A stretch of DNA of 64,000 nucleotides from Squalus acanthias (lineage: Eukaryota): contig JASTWF010000034.1 of assembly GCA_030390025.1 (NCBI GenBank), positions 3,968,001 to 4,032,000 of the forward strand. Direction: 5' to 3'. A program made the translations under genes and the position numbers. This document shows positions 23,958-37,027 of this stretch, one piece after another. Within the stretch, counting starts at the first letter, position 1; each line of letters begins with the position of its first letter. The notes below the pieces were generated by a model. The model was not told the origin of the DNA, ran no database searches, and worked only from the letters and a program-made list of their open reading frames with translations.

Positions 23958-26900
23958 GCTCGGCCGATGTAGCAGAGCCTGGTCTCCAATCGTCTTGGAT
24001 CCCCTTGCCATTGGACCAAGACCTTGCTCTGTCAAGCCTGTGTGGTAGCTGGTGTGCAACGGCCACCCCACGTTAAAAGAATTCACGCACAGTATCTTCG
24101 ACCCTTTAAAATGAAGTTCGGGTACTGGAACATCAGGACCCTCATGGACAAGCCCAACAGTGACAGACCGGAACGCCATTGTGCTATCGTTGCCCGGGAG
24201 CTCAGACGTTTCGACATAGACATCACCGCCCTAAGCGAGACCCAGTGGCCAGAGGAAGGCCAGCTCAAGGAGCAAGGCTGTGGTTACACCTTCTTCTTGA
24301 AAGGCAAACCTGAAGAAGAACGCCGCCTCCATGGGGTAGGTGTCGCCATAAAAAATGGGCTAGTTAAACGTCTCAGAGACTCCCCTTGTGTAATAAACGA
24401 ACACCTCATCACTCATGGCTCAACCTAGCCCGGAACCAGTGCGCTACGGTCATCAGTGCATACGCCCCAACACTGGAAGCCACAGACAAGACCAAAGACG
24501 AATTCTACTCCAGCCTCGAACAATCCCTGTCCTGAGTCCCAATGGTTGACAAGTTGATCCCCCTTGGCGACTTCAACACCAGAGGTGGAAAGGACACAGA
24601 CCTCTGGGGAGGTGTGATCGGCAGAGAGTGGATAGGGAAAGCCAACTCCAATGGTACCCTCCTCATGACGAAATGCTAAGAACATGGCATTGTCATAACC
24701 AACACCTTGTTCCGTCAGAGAGACAAGTACAAGGCTTCATGGCAACACCCTCGCTCCAAGCACTGGTATCTGTTGGACTACGTCATCGCCCGAGCGAGGG
24801 ACCGCAAGGACGTCCGCATCACCTGTGCCATGACAGGAGCTGACGACTGCTGGACAGCCCACTGCCTAATCAGCTCTGTCATCTCCATCAACGTAGCCCC
24901 AAAACAGCGGCGGCAACAGATGCAATGCCGCAGGAAAATCAACGCTGGAGCACTCAAAGACCCTGCTAAGAAAGCCCTATTCAGCCTGCGCCTCACAACC
25001 AACCTGACGACTCCCAGTGATTCAGAGACACAGAGTGTCCACGGCGCCTGGTCTGCACTCAAGGCCTCCATAATCAGCACCTGCGAAGAGACGCTCGGTC
25101 ACTCGACCAGGAAAAATCAAGACTGGTTCAACAAGAACGACCAGGAGATCCAGGAGCTAATAAGTCGCAAGGGCAAGGCATTGCTGATCTGGAAACAGTA
25201 ACAGAACTCGAGAGCCAGAAAGCAGCTCTACAGACATTGAAGGCCGAGGTCCAACAAAAAACTCGCGACCTAAGAACAGATGGTGGGTGGAGAAAGCGCA
25301 GGAGATCCAGCAGCTAGCCGACAACCACGACGTGCGTGGATTCTTTAGCGCATTCAAGACCACCTACTGCCCAAGCACCCATGGTCCTACCCCACTGCGG
25401 GCTAAGAATGGAGAGGTACTCATCAAGGACAGAGAGGCAGACAGTGCCCGCTGGAAGGAGCACTTCGAAGATCTCCTTAACCGAAACTCTGTCTTCGATG
25501 CGAGTGTCCTCAACTCCATCCCGCAGCATGCTACCCGCAACCACCTCAGCACAACCTCAGTCCGGCATGAGGTTGAAAAGGCCATCCGACAACTGAAGAA
25601 CAACAAGGCCTCAGGAGCAGATGGAATCCCCGCCGAGGCGCTAAAACATGGTGAAGAAGTATTATTGGTGCGAATACATGAACTCATTTCTCTTATTTGG
25701 AAGGAGGAGAGCATGCCAGGGGATCTCAGAGACGCCGTAATCGTGACCATCTTCAAGAAAGGTGACAAGTCTGATTGTGGTAATTACAGAGCAGTCTCCC
25801 TGCTGTCTGCCACAGGGAAAGTCAGCGCAAGAATCCTCCTCAATCGCCTTCTCCCAGTGGCTGAAGAGCTCCTCCCAGAGTCGCAATGCGGATTACGCCC
25901 ACTAAGGGGCACAATGAACATGATCTTCACCGCGCGTCAACTACAAGAGAAATGCAGGGAACAGCACCAACCGCTGTACATGGTCTTCTTTGACCTCATA
26001 AAGGCCTTCGACACCATCAACCGTGAGGGATTATGGAGTATCCTCCTCAAATTCAGCTGCCCTCAAAAGTTTGTCACCATCCTCCGCCTGCTTCACGACA
26101 ACATTCAAGCTGTAATCCTGACAAACAGATCCACCAGAGACCCAATTCATGTACGGACCGGGGTCAAGCAAGGCTGTGTCATCGCAACAACGCTCTTCTC
26201 GTTCTTCCTGGCTGCAATGCTCCATCTCACCCTCAGTAAGCTCCCCGCCGGAGTGGAGCTAATCTACAGAACAAATGGGAAACTGTTCAAACTCCATCGC
26301 CTCCAGTCCAGATCCAAGGTCGTTCCATCCTCTGTCATCGAATTACAGTATGCAGACGACGCTTGCATCTGTGCTCACTCAGCAGTCGAACTCTAAACCA
26401 TCGTCAACATCTTCACCGAAGCGTACGAGAGCATGGGACTTACGCTAAACATCCGTAAGACAAAGGTCCTCCACCAACCCGCCACATGTACTGTCCCCCC
26501 ATTATTAAAATCCATGGCGAGGCCTTGGACAACGTGGACCACTTTCCATAACTCGGGAGCCTACCGTCAACAAGGGGAGACGTCGATGACAAAGTCCAAC
26601 ACCGCCTTCAGTTTGCCAGTGCAGCCTTCGGTCGCCTGAGGAAGAGAATGTTTAAAGACCAGGACCTCAAACCCAGCCCCAAGCTCATGGTCTACAGAGC
26701 AGTAGTGATACCCAACCTCCTTTATGCTTCAGAGACATGGACCAGGGACAGCAGGTGCCTCAATGCACTGGAGACGTACCACCAATGCTACCTCCGCAAG
26801 ATCCTGCAAATCCATTGGCAGGATAGGTGCACCAACTTCAGCGTTCTCGCTCAGGCCAACATCCCCAGCATCGAAGCTTTGACCACGCTCGATCAGCCCC

Positions 26901-26960
26901 GATGGCCGGGCCACATCGTCCGCATGCCCGATAAGAGACTTCCAAAATTAGCGCTCTACT
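23958..26960 (+). mobile_element. RTE-clade LINE, decayed, 3' end deleted
   Basis: APE domain MKFGYWNIRTL...ALSET...GDFN; RT ORF 25287-26396 (GADGIPAE, FFDLIKAFD, GVKQGC, LQYADD); stops and frameshifts. Confidence 0.95.
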
Positions 26961-27022
26961 CAGAAGTCAAACACCATTTAAAGTGAAACAGTCAGAGGGG
27001 CCGTAATCACCCTCAGGACCTT

Positions 27023-28203
27023 AACCACAATGCCCAGGGTCAGTGGCCCTGTAACCACAATGCCCAGGGTCAGTGACCCTGTACCCACAATGCCCAGGGT
27101 CAGTGGCCCTGTACCCAAAATGCCCAGGGTCAGTGGCCCTGTAACCACAATGCCCAGGGTCAGTGACCCTGTACCCACAATGCCCAGGGTCAGTGGCCCT
27201 GTACCCAAAATGCCCAGGGTCAGTGGCCCTGTAACCACAATGCCCAGGGTCAGTGACCCTGTGTCCATAATGACCGGGGTCAGTGACCCTGTACCCACAA
27301 TGCCCAGGGCGAGTGAATCTGTACGCACAATGCCCAGGGCGAGTGAATCTGTACGCACAATGCCCAGGGCGAGTGACTCTGTACCCACAATGCCCAGTGT
27401 CAGTGACTCTGTACCCACAATGCCCAGGGCGCGTGACTCTGTACGCACAATGTCCAGTGTCAGTGACCCTGTACCCACGATGCCCATGTCAATGATCCTG
27501 TGCCCATATTGCCCGGGGTCAGTGACCCTGTACCCACAATGCCCAGTGTCAGTGACTCTGTACCCGCAATGCCCAGGGCGAGTGACTCTGTACCCACAAT
27601 GCCCGGGGTCAGTGACCCTGTACCCACAATTCCCAGGGTGAGTGACTCTGTACTCACAATGCCCGGGCTCAGTGACCCTGTACCCACAATGCCTAGTGTC
27701 AGTGACTCTGTACCCACAAAGCCCAGGGCGAGTGACTGTGCCCACAATGCCCGGGGTCAGTGACTCTGTACCCACAAAGCCCAGGGCGAGTGACTGTGCC
27801 CACAATGCCCGGGGTCAGTGACTCTGTACCCACAATGCCCAGTGTCAATGATCCTGTGCCCACAATGCCCGGGCTCAGTGGCCCTGTACCCACAATGCCC
27901 AGTGTCAATGATCCTGTGCCCACAATGCCCGGGCTCAGTGACGCTCTACCCACAATGCCAAGTGTCAGTGACTCTGTACCCACAATGCCCGGCGTCAGTG
28001 ACCCTTTGTCCAGAATGCCCAATGTCAGTGACTCCATACCCACAATGCCCGGGGTCAGTGGCCCTGTACCCACAATGCCCAGTGTCAATGATCCTGTGCC
28101 CACAATGCCCGGGCTCAGTGACGCTGTACCCACAATGCCCAGGGTCAGTGACTCTGTACCCACAATGCCCGGGCTCAGTGACGCTGTACCCACAATGCTG
28201 AGT
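27023..28203. repeat. 30-bp minisatellite (~39 units), same intron, second copy
   Basis: Same unit and same left flank (cagaggggccgtaatcaccctcaggaccttaacc). Confidence 0.98.
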
Positions 28204-28218
28204 GTCCCGTCCACATAC

Positions 28219-29073
28219 CGGTCACCTGGGCGATGAACTCCATTGACCAATCGGCTTCACTGTCGGCCTGCGATGTGTCTGCCGTCGGCTCGGTGGCCAG
28301 AAACTCCTCGACCCAGGTCCCCGACACCGCCAGGTCTGCCACAACGGGGGCTTGGGGTGTGAGAACAGGGCCCGAATCTGGGCAGGAAACACCCAGGCTC
28401 CATCTCCGGCCTGTGTTGATTTGGCCCTCTGCTCCCAGGGGTGATCTTACCTCGCTGCTAAGCCTGTCAAAGCCTTCAGTTCTCAACCTCCTGCATCTCC
28501 GCCAGCAGGTCGTCCATCTTGAACGTGTGGGGTGCGCGGGGCAGCAGCGGGCCATTCTGATCAGTCACGAACTCCGAGACTAACTGCAAGAGAGAGAGGC
28601 GGCAATTAGACCCACACAATGATGGGTGCCCACCCCTGAAATGTCCCCTCCCGGAGTGGGTACTGAGATCCCCCCACACACAGAGCAGGAAAGGCCCAGG
28701 CTCCATCCCCGGCCTGTGCTGAGTTAGCCTGATTCTCGCCCGGTGAGGGACTGTGACCCCCCACACAGAGCAGGAAAGACCCAGGCTCCATCCCCGGCCT
28801 GTGCTGAGTTTGCCTGATCTCCCCCGGTGAGGGACTGTGACCCCCACACACAGAGCAGGAAAGGCCCAGGCTCCATCCCCGGCCTGTGGTGCATTAGCCT
28901 GAACTCACCCGGTGAGGGACTGTGACCCCCACACACAGAGCAGGAAAGGCCCAGGCTCCATCCCCGGCCTGTGCTGAGTTAGCCTGATTCTCACCCGGTG
29001 AATGGAGCCTGGATTACAGGCTGACACAATAACCATCTTTGTCCTCTCAGGCAGATCCCAGTGGCTTGGAGAC
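28219..29073 (-). pseudogene. PEX5: Unprocessed PEX5 (PTS1 receptor) pseudogene, three consecutive exons: 29073-29038, 28583-28451, 28350-28219
   Basis: Spliced translation VSKPLGSA*EDK / [41 protein letters not shown] / APVVADLAVSGTWVEEFLATEPTADTSQADSEADWSMEFIAQVT matches the recalled vertebrate PEX5 N-terminus ([46 protein letters not shown]...APGVADLALSENWAQEF...DWSQEFISEVT), including the LVxEF and two WxxxF motifs. Canonical cag/gtaag and aag/gtatgt junctions, phases 0/1/1; four in-frame stops; the donor of the 36-nt exon is mutated. Confidence 0.95.
28670..29000. repeat. ~84-bp tandem repeat (4 units) in a PEX5 intron, probably from a tRNA-derived SINE head fragment
   Basis: CCCCCACACACAGAGCAGGAAAGGCCCAGGCTCCATCCCCGGCCTGTGCTGAGTTAGCCTGAT... 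x4; GGCTCCATCCC resembles a B-box. The tandem repeat is certain; the SINE origin is inferred. Confidence 0.85.
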
Positions 29074-30952
29074 CTGGAATATGGCATGGACTGGTTGGGC
29101 CGAATGGCCTGTTATCGTCAAAGAGACATTTTATAATTCTGAGGGAGAGGAATTGAGAGAGAGAGGCACAGGAGGCGTAAATATTATATTTATAGTCATA
29201 GATTTGCCTTACTGATTGATATTATTTATTATCTATTTCTAATAGCTCTTTAATGGGCATATAATTGGCAAATGAAATTTAAAACAGATGAATCTGAGGT
29301 ATTACATTTTGGTAAGAAATGTAGAGAGGTCACATATTACTTGGAAAATAAGAATCTAAATGGGGTAGAGGAGCAAAGGAATCTCGGAGTACAAATACAC
29401 AAATCACTGAAAGTAGCGACAGAGGTTAATAAGGCCATGAAAAGCAAACCCATCACTCGGGTTTATATCTGGAAAGGTAGAATTGAAAAGTAGTGAATTT
29501 ATGCTAAACTTGTATCGAACCTTGGTTAGACCACACTTGGAAAACTGCGTACAGTTCTGGTCGCTGTATTTTAAAAAGGATAGAGGCACTGGAGAGGGTG
29601 CAGAGAAGATTGACATGGATAATACCAGAAAAGCTAGGGTGATTTAGAAGTATATCGCTGATCTTTCATCGTCGCTGGGTTAAAATCCTGGAACTCCCTA
29701 CCTAACAGCACTGTGGGAGTACCATCACCACACGGACTGCAGCGGTTCAAGTAGGCGGCTCACCACCACCTTCTCAAGGGCAACTCGGAATGGGCAATAA
29801 ATGCTGGCCTTGCCAGCGGCGCCCAGATCCCTTAAACGAATAAAACAAAATACATATCAGGAACGGATGAAAACGTTGGGTCTCCTTTCTCTTGAAGGCT
29901 GAGGGTTGACCTGATAAAGCTCTTTAAAATGAGGAAAGGTTTTGATGGAGTGGATACAGAGAGAATGCTTCCACTTGTGGGGAACAGCAAAATTAGAGGA
30001 CATCAATATAAGGTAGTCACCAAGAAATCAAATAGGGAATTCAGAAGAAACCTCTTTACCCAGAGAGTGGTGAGAATGTGGAACTCGCTACCACAGGGAG
30101 TGGTTGAAGCGAATAGTATTGATGCATTTAAGGGGCAGTTAGATTAGCATATGTGGGAGAAGGGAATAGAGGGTTACGCTGATAGAATTAGATGAGGTAA
30201 GACGGGAGGAGGCTCGAGTGGAGCATAAACGCTGGCATGGATTGGTTGGGTCGAATGGCCTGGTTCAGTGCTGTGTACACCATGTAATCCTCTGTTACAG
30301 AGTAAAGCTTTCATCAAATACCTCCAGGGCAGGTACAGTGGGTTAGATACAGAGTAAAGCTCCCTCTACACTGCCCCACCAAACACTCCCAGGGCAGGTC
30401 CAGCACGGGTTAGATACAGAGTAAAGCTCCCTATATACTGTCCCATCAAACATTCCCAGGGCAGGTACAGCACGGGTTGGATACACAGTAAAGCTTCCTC
30501 TACACTGCCCCACCAAACAGTCCCAGGGCAGGTACAGCACGGGTTTGATACAGAGTAAACGTCCCTCTACACTGTCGCATCAAACTCTCTCAGGGCAGGT
30601 ACAGCACAGGTTTGATACAGAGTAAAGCTCCCTCCAATTTGGTTCATCAACACAACCAACTCTGATACATCATGTGTTCAATGCAGCGTACAGCTCCCTT
30701 GACACTACCCAATGAAGCACAACCAGCTCAGGTACAGCATGGGGTCAATACAGAATAAATATCACTCCACATGTAAGTGTCAAACACTCCCGGGTGAGGT
30801 ACGGGCAAGGTTTATCTCCGAGTTGAGCTCCGCTCAACTTGCCACATCAAAGGCCGAGCCTGATGGCAGATCTTGAACAGCTCCCAGTATCTGGTTAGAC
30901 TCTCACCTCAGCAAAATCCTGGACTGATGGGATTCTCAGTAAAGTTCCTCGC

Positions 30953-31530
30953 CTTTCCAATCATTGTTGAAGCTTCCCGTTTTTTCCCGTCTCCGACACT
31001 GGGATTCTCGATCCCACCGGATCTGCTCTGTGAAGCCAGAGACATTTCTCCAGTCCCAGTCAGTGTGGCGATGATTCGACTTCTCTCTCTCCACCTTCCT
31101 GAGATATTGCTCACTCCCAGAGACTGTCAATAGAAAAATGTTAAATATTAATCCCAGAATACAGGGGGAGCATTTTTGTGACCATAATTATATTCAATTT
31201 TTGCAATTAATCAGTGTGTTTGAATTACTTACTTTAATATTGAATAGTTATTTTCTGTCCATTGCCCTGTTTATTGGGACTAAACTCACCCCCAGTGTCA
31301 GCTGTCACTAAAGCTCTTCCCACACCGACATACCACTGATGGACCGTAACCAGGGGCGGGGCCCTGTCTCCAGGTGACATCACAAAGCAGCTAGGAACGA
31401 TGTCACAAAGCGGCTGGAGCCCCTCCCACTCGAGGTGTCACAGGGTCACATTGACCAGGCTCTGCTCCTGGTGTGCAGTCTCACTGGGCATGAACACAGG
31501 GTGTACAATCAGCCCCGTCTCCGGGAATGA
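30953..31530 (-). pseudogene. Unidentified gene 5' cassette, copy c (exon 2 31123-30953, 171 nt, GC donor)
   Basis: Reads MSLASQSRSGGIENPSVGDGKKREASTMIGK|gcgagg; lies directly upstream of the PEX5 exons on the same strand. Confidence 0.65.
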
Positions 31531-31779
31531 ACCGGGATCCTGCCCTGCATCTCTCCCGAGTTTTATTTCCATCGGTGTAAAATGGATGGCTGATTCACAA
31601 TTACCCAGTTTGTACTATAGCTCCTAGTAAACGTCAAACTCTACCCCAGTATTTCTTTCCTTCTCTACGTATCTGCTCCCTCACTGTCTCTGCCTCTCTC
31701 TCTCCCTCTCCACAGTGAGGGATCCGTATGGGCTGGGATCATAGTGTGCGGAAAGGATCAGAATATCTGTTAGCCTCTC

Positions 31780-32030
31780 TTCCCGCTCCCACATCGTTAC
31801 CTCTGGTGTCCCCCAAGGATCTCTCCTTGCCCCCACTCCTATTTCTCATCTACATGTTGCCCCTTGGTGACATCATCCAGAAACAGTCAGTTTCCACATG
31901 TACACTGACGACACCCAGCTCTACCTCACTACCTCTTCTCTCGACCCCTCCACGATGTCCAAATTGTCAGTCTGCTTGACCGACATGAGCAAAAGTTTCT
32001 CCAAGTAAATATTGGGAAGACCGAAGCCAT
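31780..32030 (+). mobile_element. L2 fragment, third copy, truncated
   Basis: Homologous to 13620-13877. Confidence 0.85.
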
Positions 32031-32410
32031 TAATCCCAGAATACAGGGGGGGCATTTTTGTGAACAAATTTATATTCAATGTGATTATTTTTGCAATTAA
32101 TGAGTGTTTGAATTACTAACTTTATTATTAAATTGTTCTATTCTGTCCATTGCCCTGTTTATTGGGACTAAACTCACTCCCAGTGTCAGCTGTCACTCCA
32201 GCTCCTCCCACACCGACATCCCACTGATGGGCCGTAACCAGGGGCGGGGCACTGTCTCCAGGTGACATCACACAGCAGCAAGGAGCGATGTCACAAAGCG
32301 GCCGGAGCCCCTCCCACTCGAGGTGTCACAGGGTCACATTGACCAGGCTCTGCTCCTGGTGTGCAGTCTCACTGGGCATGAACACAGGGTGTACAATCAG
32401 CCCCGTCTCC
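32030..32410 (-). pseudogene. Partial cassette copy (promoter/exon 1 and part of intron only)
   Basis: Homologous to 31148-31522; joined to an L2 fragment at ~32030. Confidence 0.6.
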
Positions 32411-32893
32411 GACCCCGCTCCCCTCATATGATGCGTACTGCTCAAACAACACTCAAGAAGCTCGACACCATCCAGGACAAAGCAACCCATTTGATTCACA
32501 ACCCATCCATCACCTTACACAGTCACTCCCTCCACCACCGGTGTACCGTGGCATCAGTGTGTCCCATCTACAAGATGCACTGCAGCAACCCGCCAAGACA
32601 TCTTCGCCAGCCCCACCCAAACCCGCAATCTCTTCCACCTAGAAGGACAAGGGCAGCAGACGCATGGGAACCCCACCACCTCCAGGTTCCCCTCGAAGTC
32701 ACACACCATCCTGACTTGGAGTATATCGCCAATCCTTCCTCGTTGCTGCTTGAAAATCCTGGAACTCCCTACCTACGGTCTACAGCGGTTCAAGAAGGCC
32801 GCTCACCACCACCTTCTCAAGGGCACGTAAGGATGGGCAATAAATGCTGGCCTTGCCAGCGACCCTCACATCCCATAAACGAATATTAAACAA
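32410..32893 (+). mobile_element. 3' fragment of a CR1-group LINE (clade uncertain)
   Basis: TTLKKLDTIQDKA...SLHHRCTVASVC post-RT segment; same terminus as 2678-2815. Confidence 0.8.
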
Positions 32894-34079
32894 AGTGCAC
32901 CAACTATCACTGCGCCTGCTCGGAGCACTCCCCGGCCCGACGCCTGCGCATGAGGCTCCTGTCGTCATTGATTGGGCACTTTCTGCCGCGCGGGGGATCG
33001 TGGGTAAACACACCGCCATTGAATGCCACAAAACAGAGAGCAGCTTTTCAGACTGGCAAAAGGTGGAATGTGGTGTTCCACAGGGATCGATGCTGGGACC
33101 ACTGCTTTTCACAATTTACATAAACAATTTCACCTCGGGAATTTGAAGTACAATTTCAAAATTTGTCAATGATACCAAATTGGGCGGTATAGTTACTATT
33201 GATGAAGACTGTGACATAATGCAAGAAGACATTAATAAACTTGCAGAATGGAAGTGTAATTGGCGAATGAATTTCCAATATAGGTAAGAGTGAGGTGGCG
33301 CCTTTTGGTAGGAAGAATAAGGAGGCCAGATACTGCTTTGAAAATAAGAGTATAAATGGGGCAGAGGAGCAATGCGATTTCGGGGTACAGATACACAGAA
33401 CACTAAAAATAGCAATGGAGGTTAATAGGGCCATACAAAACAAACAAAGCACTGGGGTTCATATCCAGAGGGATAGAATTGCAAAGCAGGGAGGTTATGT
33501 TAAACTTGTACTGACCCTGGGTTAGATCATACTTGGAGTACTGTGAAAAGCTCTGGCCTCCATATTATTACGAGGGGCCCAATGGCCTACTCCTGCTCTT
33601 ATTTCTTATGTTCTTAATATAGAGGCACTGGAGAAGGAGATTTGTAAGGATGATCCTAGAACTGAGAGGATATACTTATCAGGAAAGGCTGAACAGGCTG
33701 GGTCTCTTTTCTCTTGAAGAAAGAGAATGCTGATGGATGACCTGATAGAGGTCTTTAAGATTATGAGGTTATAAAGGGTGGTCGTGGAGAAAATGTTTCC
33801 ACTTGTGGGAGTGCAAAACTGGAGATCATCAATATAAGATAGTCACTAATAAATCCAATGGAGAATTCAGTAGAAATTCTTCACCCAAAGAGAGGTGAGA
33901 ATGTGGAACTCGCTACCACAGGGAGTAGTGGAGGCGGATAGCACAGATGCATTTAAGGAGAAGCTCGATAAACACATGAGGGAGAAAGGAATATAAGGTT
34001 ATGCTAATAGAATTAGATGAAGAGGGGTGAGAGGAGGCTTGTGTGGGGAATAAACACCGGCACAAACCAATTGGGCAGA

Positions 34080-37027
34080 ATAGGTCAGAGGCAGAGTAAA
34101 TCTCCCTCAGCACTGTCCCATCAAACACTCCCAGGGCAGTTTCAGCAAAGGTTAGATAGAGAGTACAGCTCCTTCTACACTGGCCCAACAAACTCTCAGT
34201 GCAGGTACAGCACAGGTTAGATACAGAGTGAAGCTCATCTCTGCACGTTCCCATCAAACACTCCCATGGCTAGTTCAGACCATGTTTGATACAGGGTAGA
34301 GCTCCCCCTACACTGTCCCTTCAAACCCGTCCAGGACAGGCAGACCACGAGTTAGACACAGATAAAGCTGCATCAACACTGTCCCATCAAACATTCCCAG
34401 GGCAGGTTCAGCACGGGTTAGATACAGAGTAAAGCGCTCTCTGCACTGTCCCATCAAACTCTCCCAGGGCAGGTACAGCTTGGGTAAGATACAGAGTAAA
34501 GCTCCCTCTACACTATCCCATCAAACACTCGCAGGGCAAGTACAGCAAGGATTAGAAACAGAATAAAGCTCCCTCTACACTGCCCCATCAAACACACCCA
34601 GGGCAGTTTCAGCACAGGTTAGATACAAAGTAATTCACACTCTATACTGTCCGATCAAACACTCCCAGGGCATGTTCAGAACATGTTTGACAGAGAGTAA
34701 AGTTCCCTCTAAACTGTCCCGCCATACACTCCCAGGGCAGGTGCAGCACGGGTTAGATACAGAGTAAAGCTCACTCTACACTGTCCCATAAAAGGACCTC
34801 AGGGCAGGTTCAGTCCATGTTTGAAACATAGAAAAATAGAGCAGGAGTCGGCCATTCGGCCTTTCGAGCCTGCTCCGCCATTCAACATGATCATGGCTGC
34901 TCCTCTATCTCAGTACCAAATTCCCGGTCGCTCCCCATACCCCTTGATGCCTTTTGTGTCTAGAAATCTATCTATCTCCTTCTTAAATATATTCAGTGAT
35001 TTGGACACCACAGCCTCTGTGGTAGAGAATTCCACAGGTTCACCACCCTCTGAGTGAAGATATTTCTCCTCATCTCAGTCCTAAATGTCCTATCCCGTAT
35101 CCTGAGACTGTGACCCCTCGTTCTGGACACGCCAGCCAGGGGAAACATCTTCCCTGCATCCACTCTGTCTAGCACTGTCAGAATTTTACACGTTTCAATC
35201 AGATGCCCATTCCTTCTTCTAATCTCTAGTGAATACAGGCCTACTCGACCCAACCTCTCCTAAAACGACAGTCCTGTCATCCCAGGAATCAGTCTGGTGA
35301 TCCTTCGCTGCACTCCATCTGTGGCAAGTATATCGTTTCTTAGGTAGGGAGACCAAAACAGCACACAGTACACCAGGTGTGGTCTCACCAAGGCCCTGTA
35401 TAACTGTAGTAAGACATTCTTGCTCCTGTACTCAAATCCTCTTGCAATGAACGCCAACATACCGTTTGATACAGAATAAAGCTTCTTCTACACTGTTCCA
35501 TCAAACCTGTCCAGGACAGGCACAACACAGGTTAGATACAGAGCAAAGATCCCTCTACACTGTCAAATCAAACACTGCCAGGGCAGGTACAGCATAGGTT
35601 AGATACAGAGTAAAGCTCCCTCTACACTATTCCATCAAATCGCTTCCAGGACACGTATAACACGGGTTAGATGCAGAGTAAAGTTCCCTCTTCACTGTCC
35701 CATGAAACACTCCCAGGACAGGTTGAGACCATGTTTGATACTGGTAAAGCTGACTCTAACTCTCCCAGGACAGGCACAACACGATTTAGCTACAGAGATA
35801 AGCGCCCTCGTCAATGTCCCATCAAACCCAATTAGGGCATTTTCAGCACAGGTTAGATACAGAGTAAATCTCACTCTACACTGTCTCATCAAAAACTCCC
35901 ACAGGAGGTTCAGAATATGTTTGACACAGAGTAAAGTTCCCTCTACACTGTCCCATTAAACTCTCACAGGGCAGGTACAGCACAGGTTATATACAGAGTA
36001 AAGTTCATCTCTGCATTGTCCCATCAAACACTCCCCTGGCAGGTTCAGACCATGTTTGATACAGTTTAGAGCTCCCTCTACACTGTCCCATCAAACCCGG
36101 CCAGGGCAGGTACAGCACTGGTTAGATACAGCACTGGTTAGATACAGAGCAAATCTCACTCTACATTGTCACATCCAACATTCCCAGGGCAGGTTCAAAC
36201 AATGATTGTTAAAGAGTAAATCTCTCACTACACTGTCCCATCAAACTCTCCCAGGGCAGGAACAGCATGGGTTAGATACAGAGTAAAGCTCCCTCGAAAC
36301 TGTCCCATCAAACACTCCCAGGGCAGGTACAGTACGGGTTAGATACAGAGTAAAGCTCCCTCTACACTGTCCCATCAAACACTCCCAGGGCAGGTACAGC
36401 ATGGGTTAGATATAGAGTAAAGCTTCCTCTACACTGTCCCATCAAACAACCCCAGGGTAGGGGCAGCACCGGTTAGATACAGAGTAAAGCTCTCCTCTAC
36501 ACTGTCCCATCAAACACTCCCATGGCAGGTTCAGACCACGTTAGATACAGAGTAAAGATCCCTCTACACTGTCCCATCAAACACTGCCTGGGCATGTTCA
36601 GAACAGGTTAGATAGAGTAAATCTCCCTCTGAACTGTCCCAGCAAAACACTCCCAGGGCAGGTACAGCATGTGTTAGATACAGACTAAAGCTGCCTCTAC
36701 AGTGTCCCATCAAACCCTTCCAAGACAGGCACAACACGAGTTACACACAAAGTACAGTTGCAACAACACTGGCCCATCAAACACTCCCAAAGCAGGTGCA
36801 GCATGGATTAGATACAGATTAAAGCTCCGTTTACACTGTCCCATCAAACTCTCCCAGGGCAGGTAAAGCACAGGGTAGATACAGAGTGAACCTCCCTCTA
36901 CAATGTAACATCAAACACTCTCAGGGCAGGTACAGCACGGGTTAGATACAGAGAAAAACTCTCTACACTGTCCCATCAAATAATCCCAGGGCAGGTTCAG
37001 ACAATGTTTGGTCCAGAGTAAAGCTCT
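34080..37027 (+). repeat. 67-bp satellite array (shorter arrays at 37880-38232 and 38935-39487)
   Basis: Diverged 67-bp units; interrupted by CR1. Confidence 0.95.
34823..35463 (-). mobile_element. CR1 3' fragment inserted in the 67-bp satellite
   Basis: LVRPHL and NIFTQRVVNLWNSLP; flanked by gtttga(a/t)aca on both sides. Confidence 0.9.

Noticed and set aside
23965..24080. HDV-like ribozyme in the RTE 5' UTR
   Set aside because: A nested hairpin is present (gcagagc/gctctgt, ggtc/gacc, tccaat/attgga), but I could not assign P1.1 or the catalytic C in J4/2; this needs a descriptor search.
25287..26396. 369-aa RT ORF as an active or domesticated reverse transcriptase
   Set aside because: It stops just after YADD, and the same stop and upstream lesions occur in the paralog, so the element was dead before the duplication.
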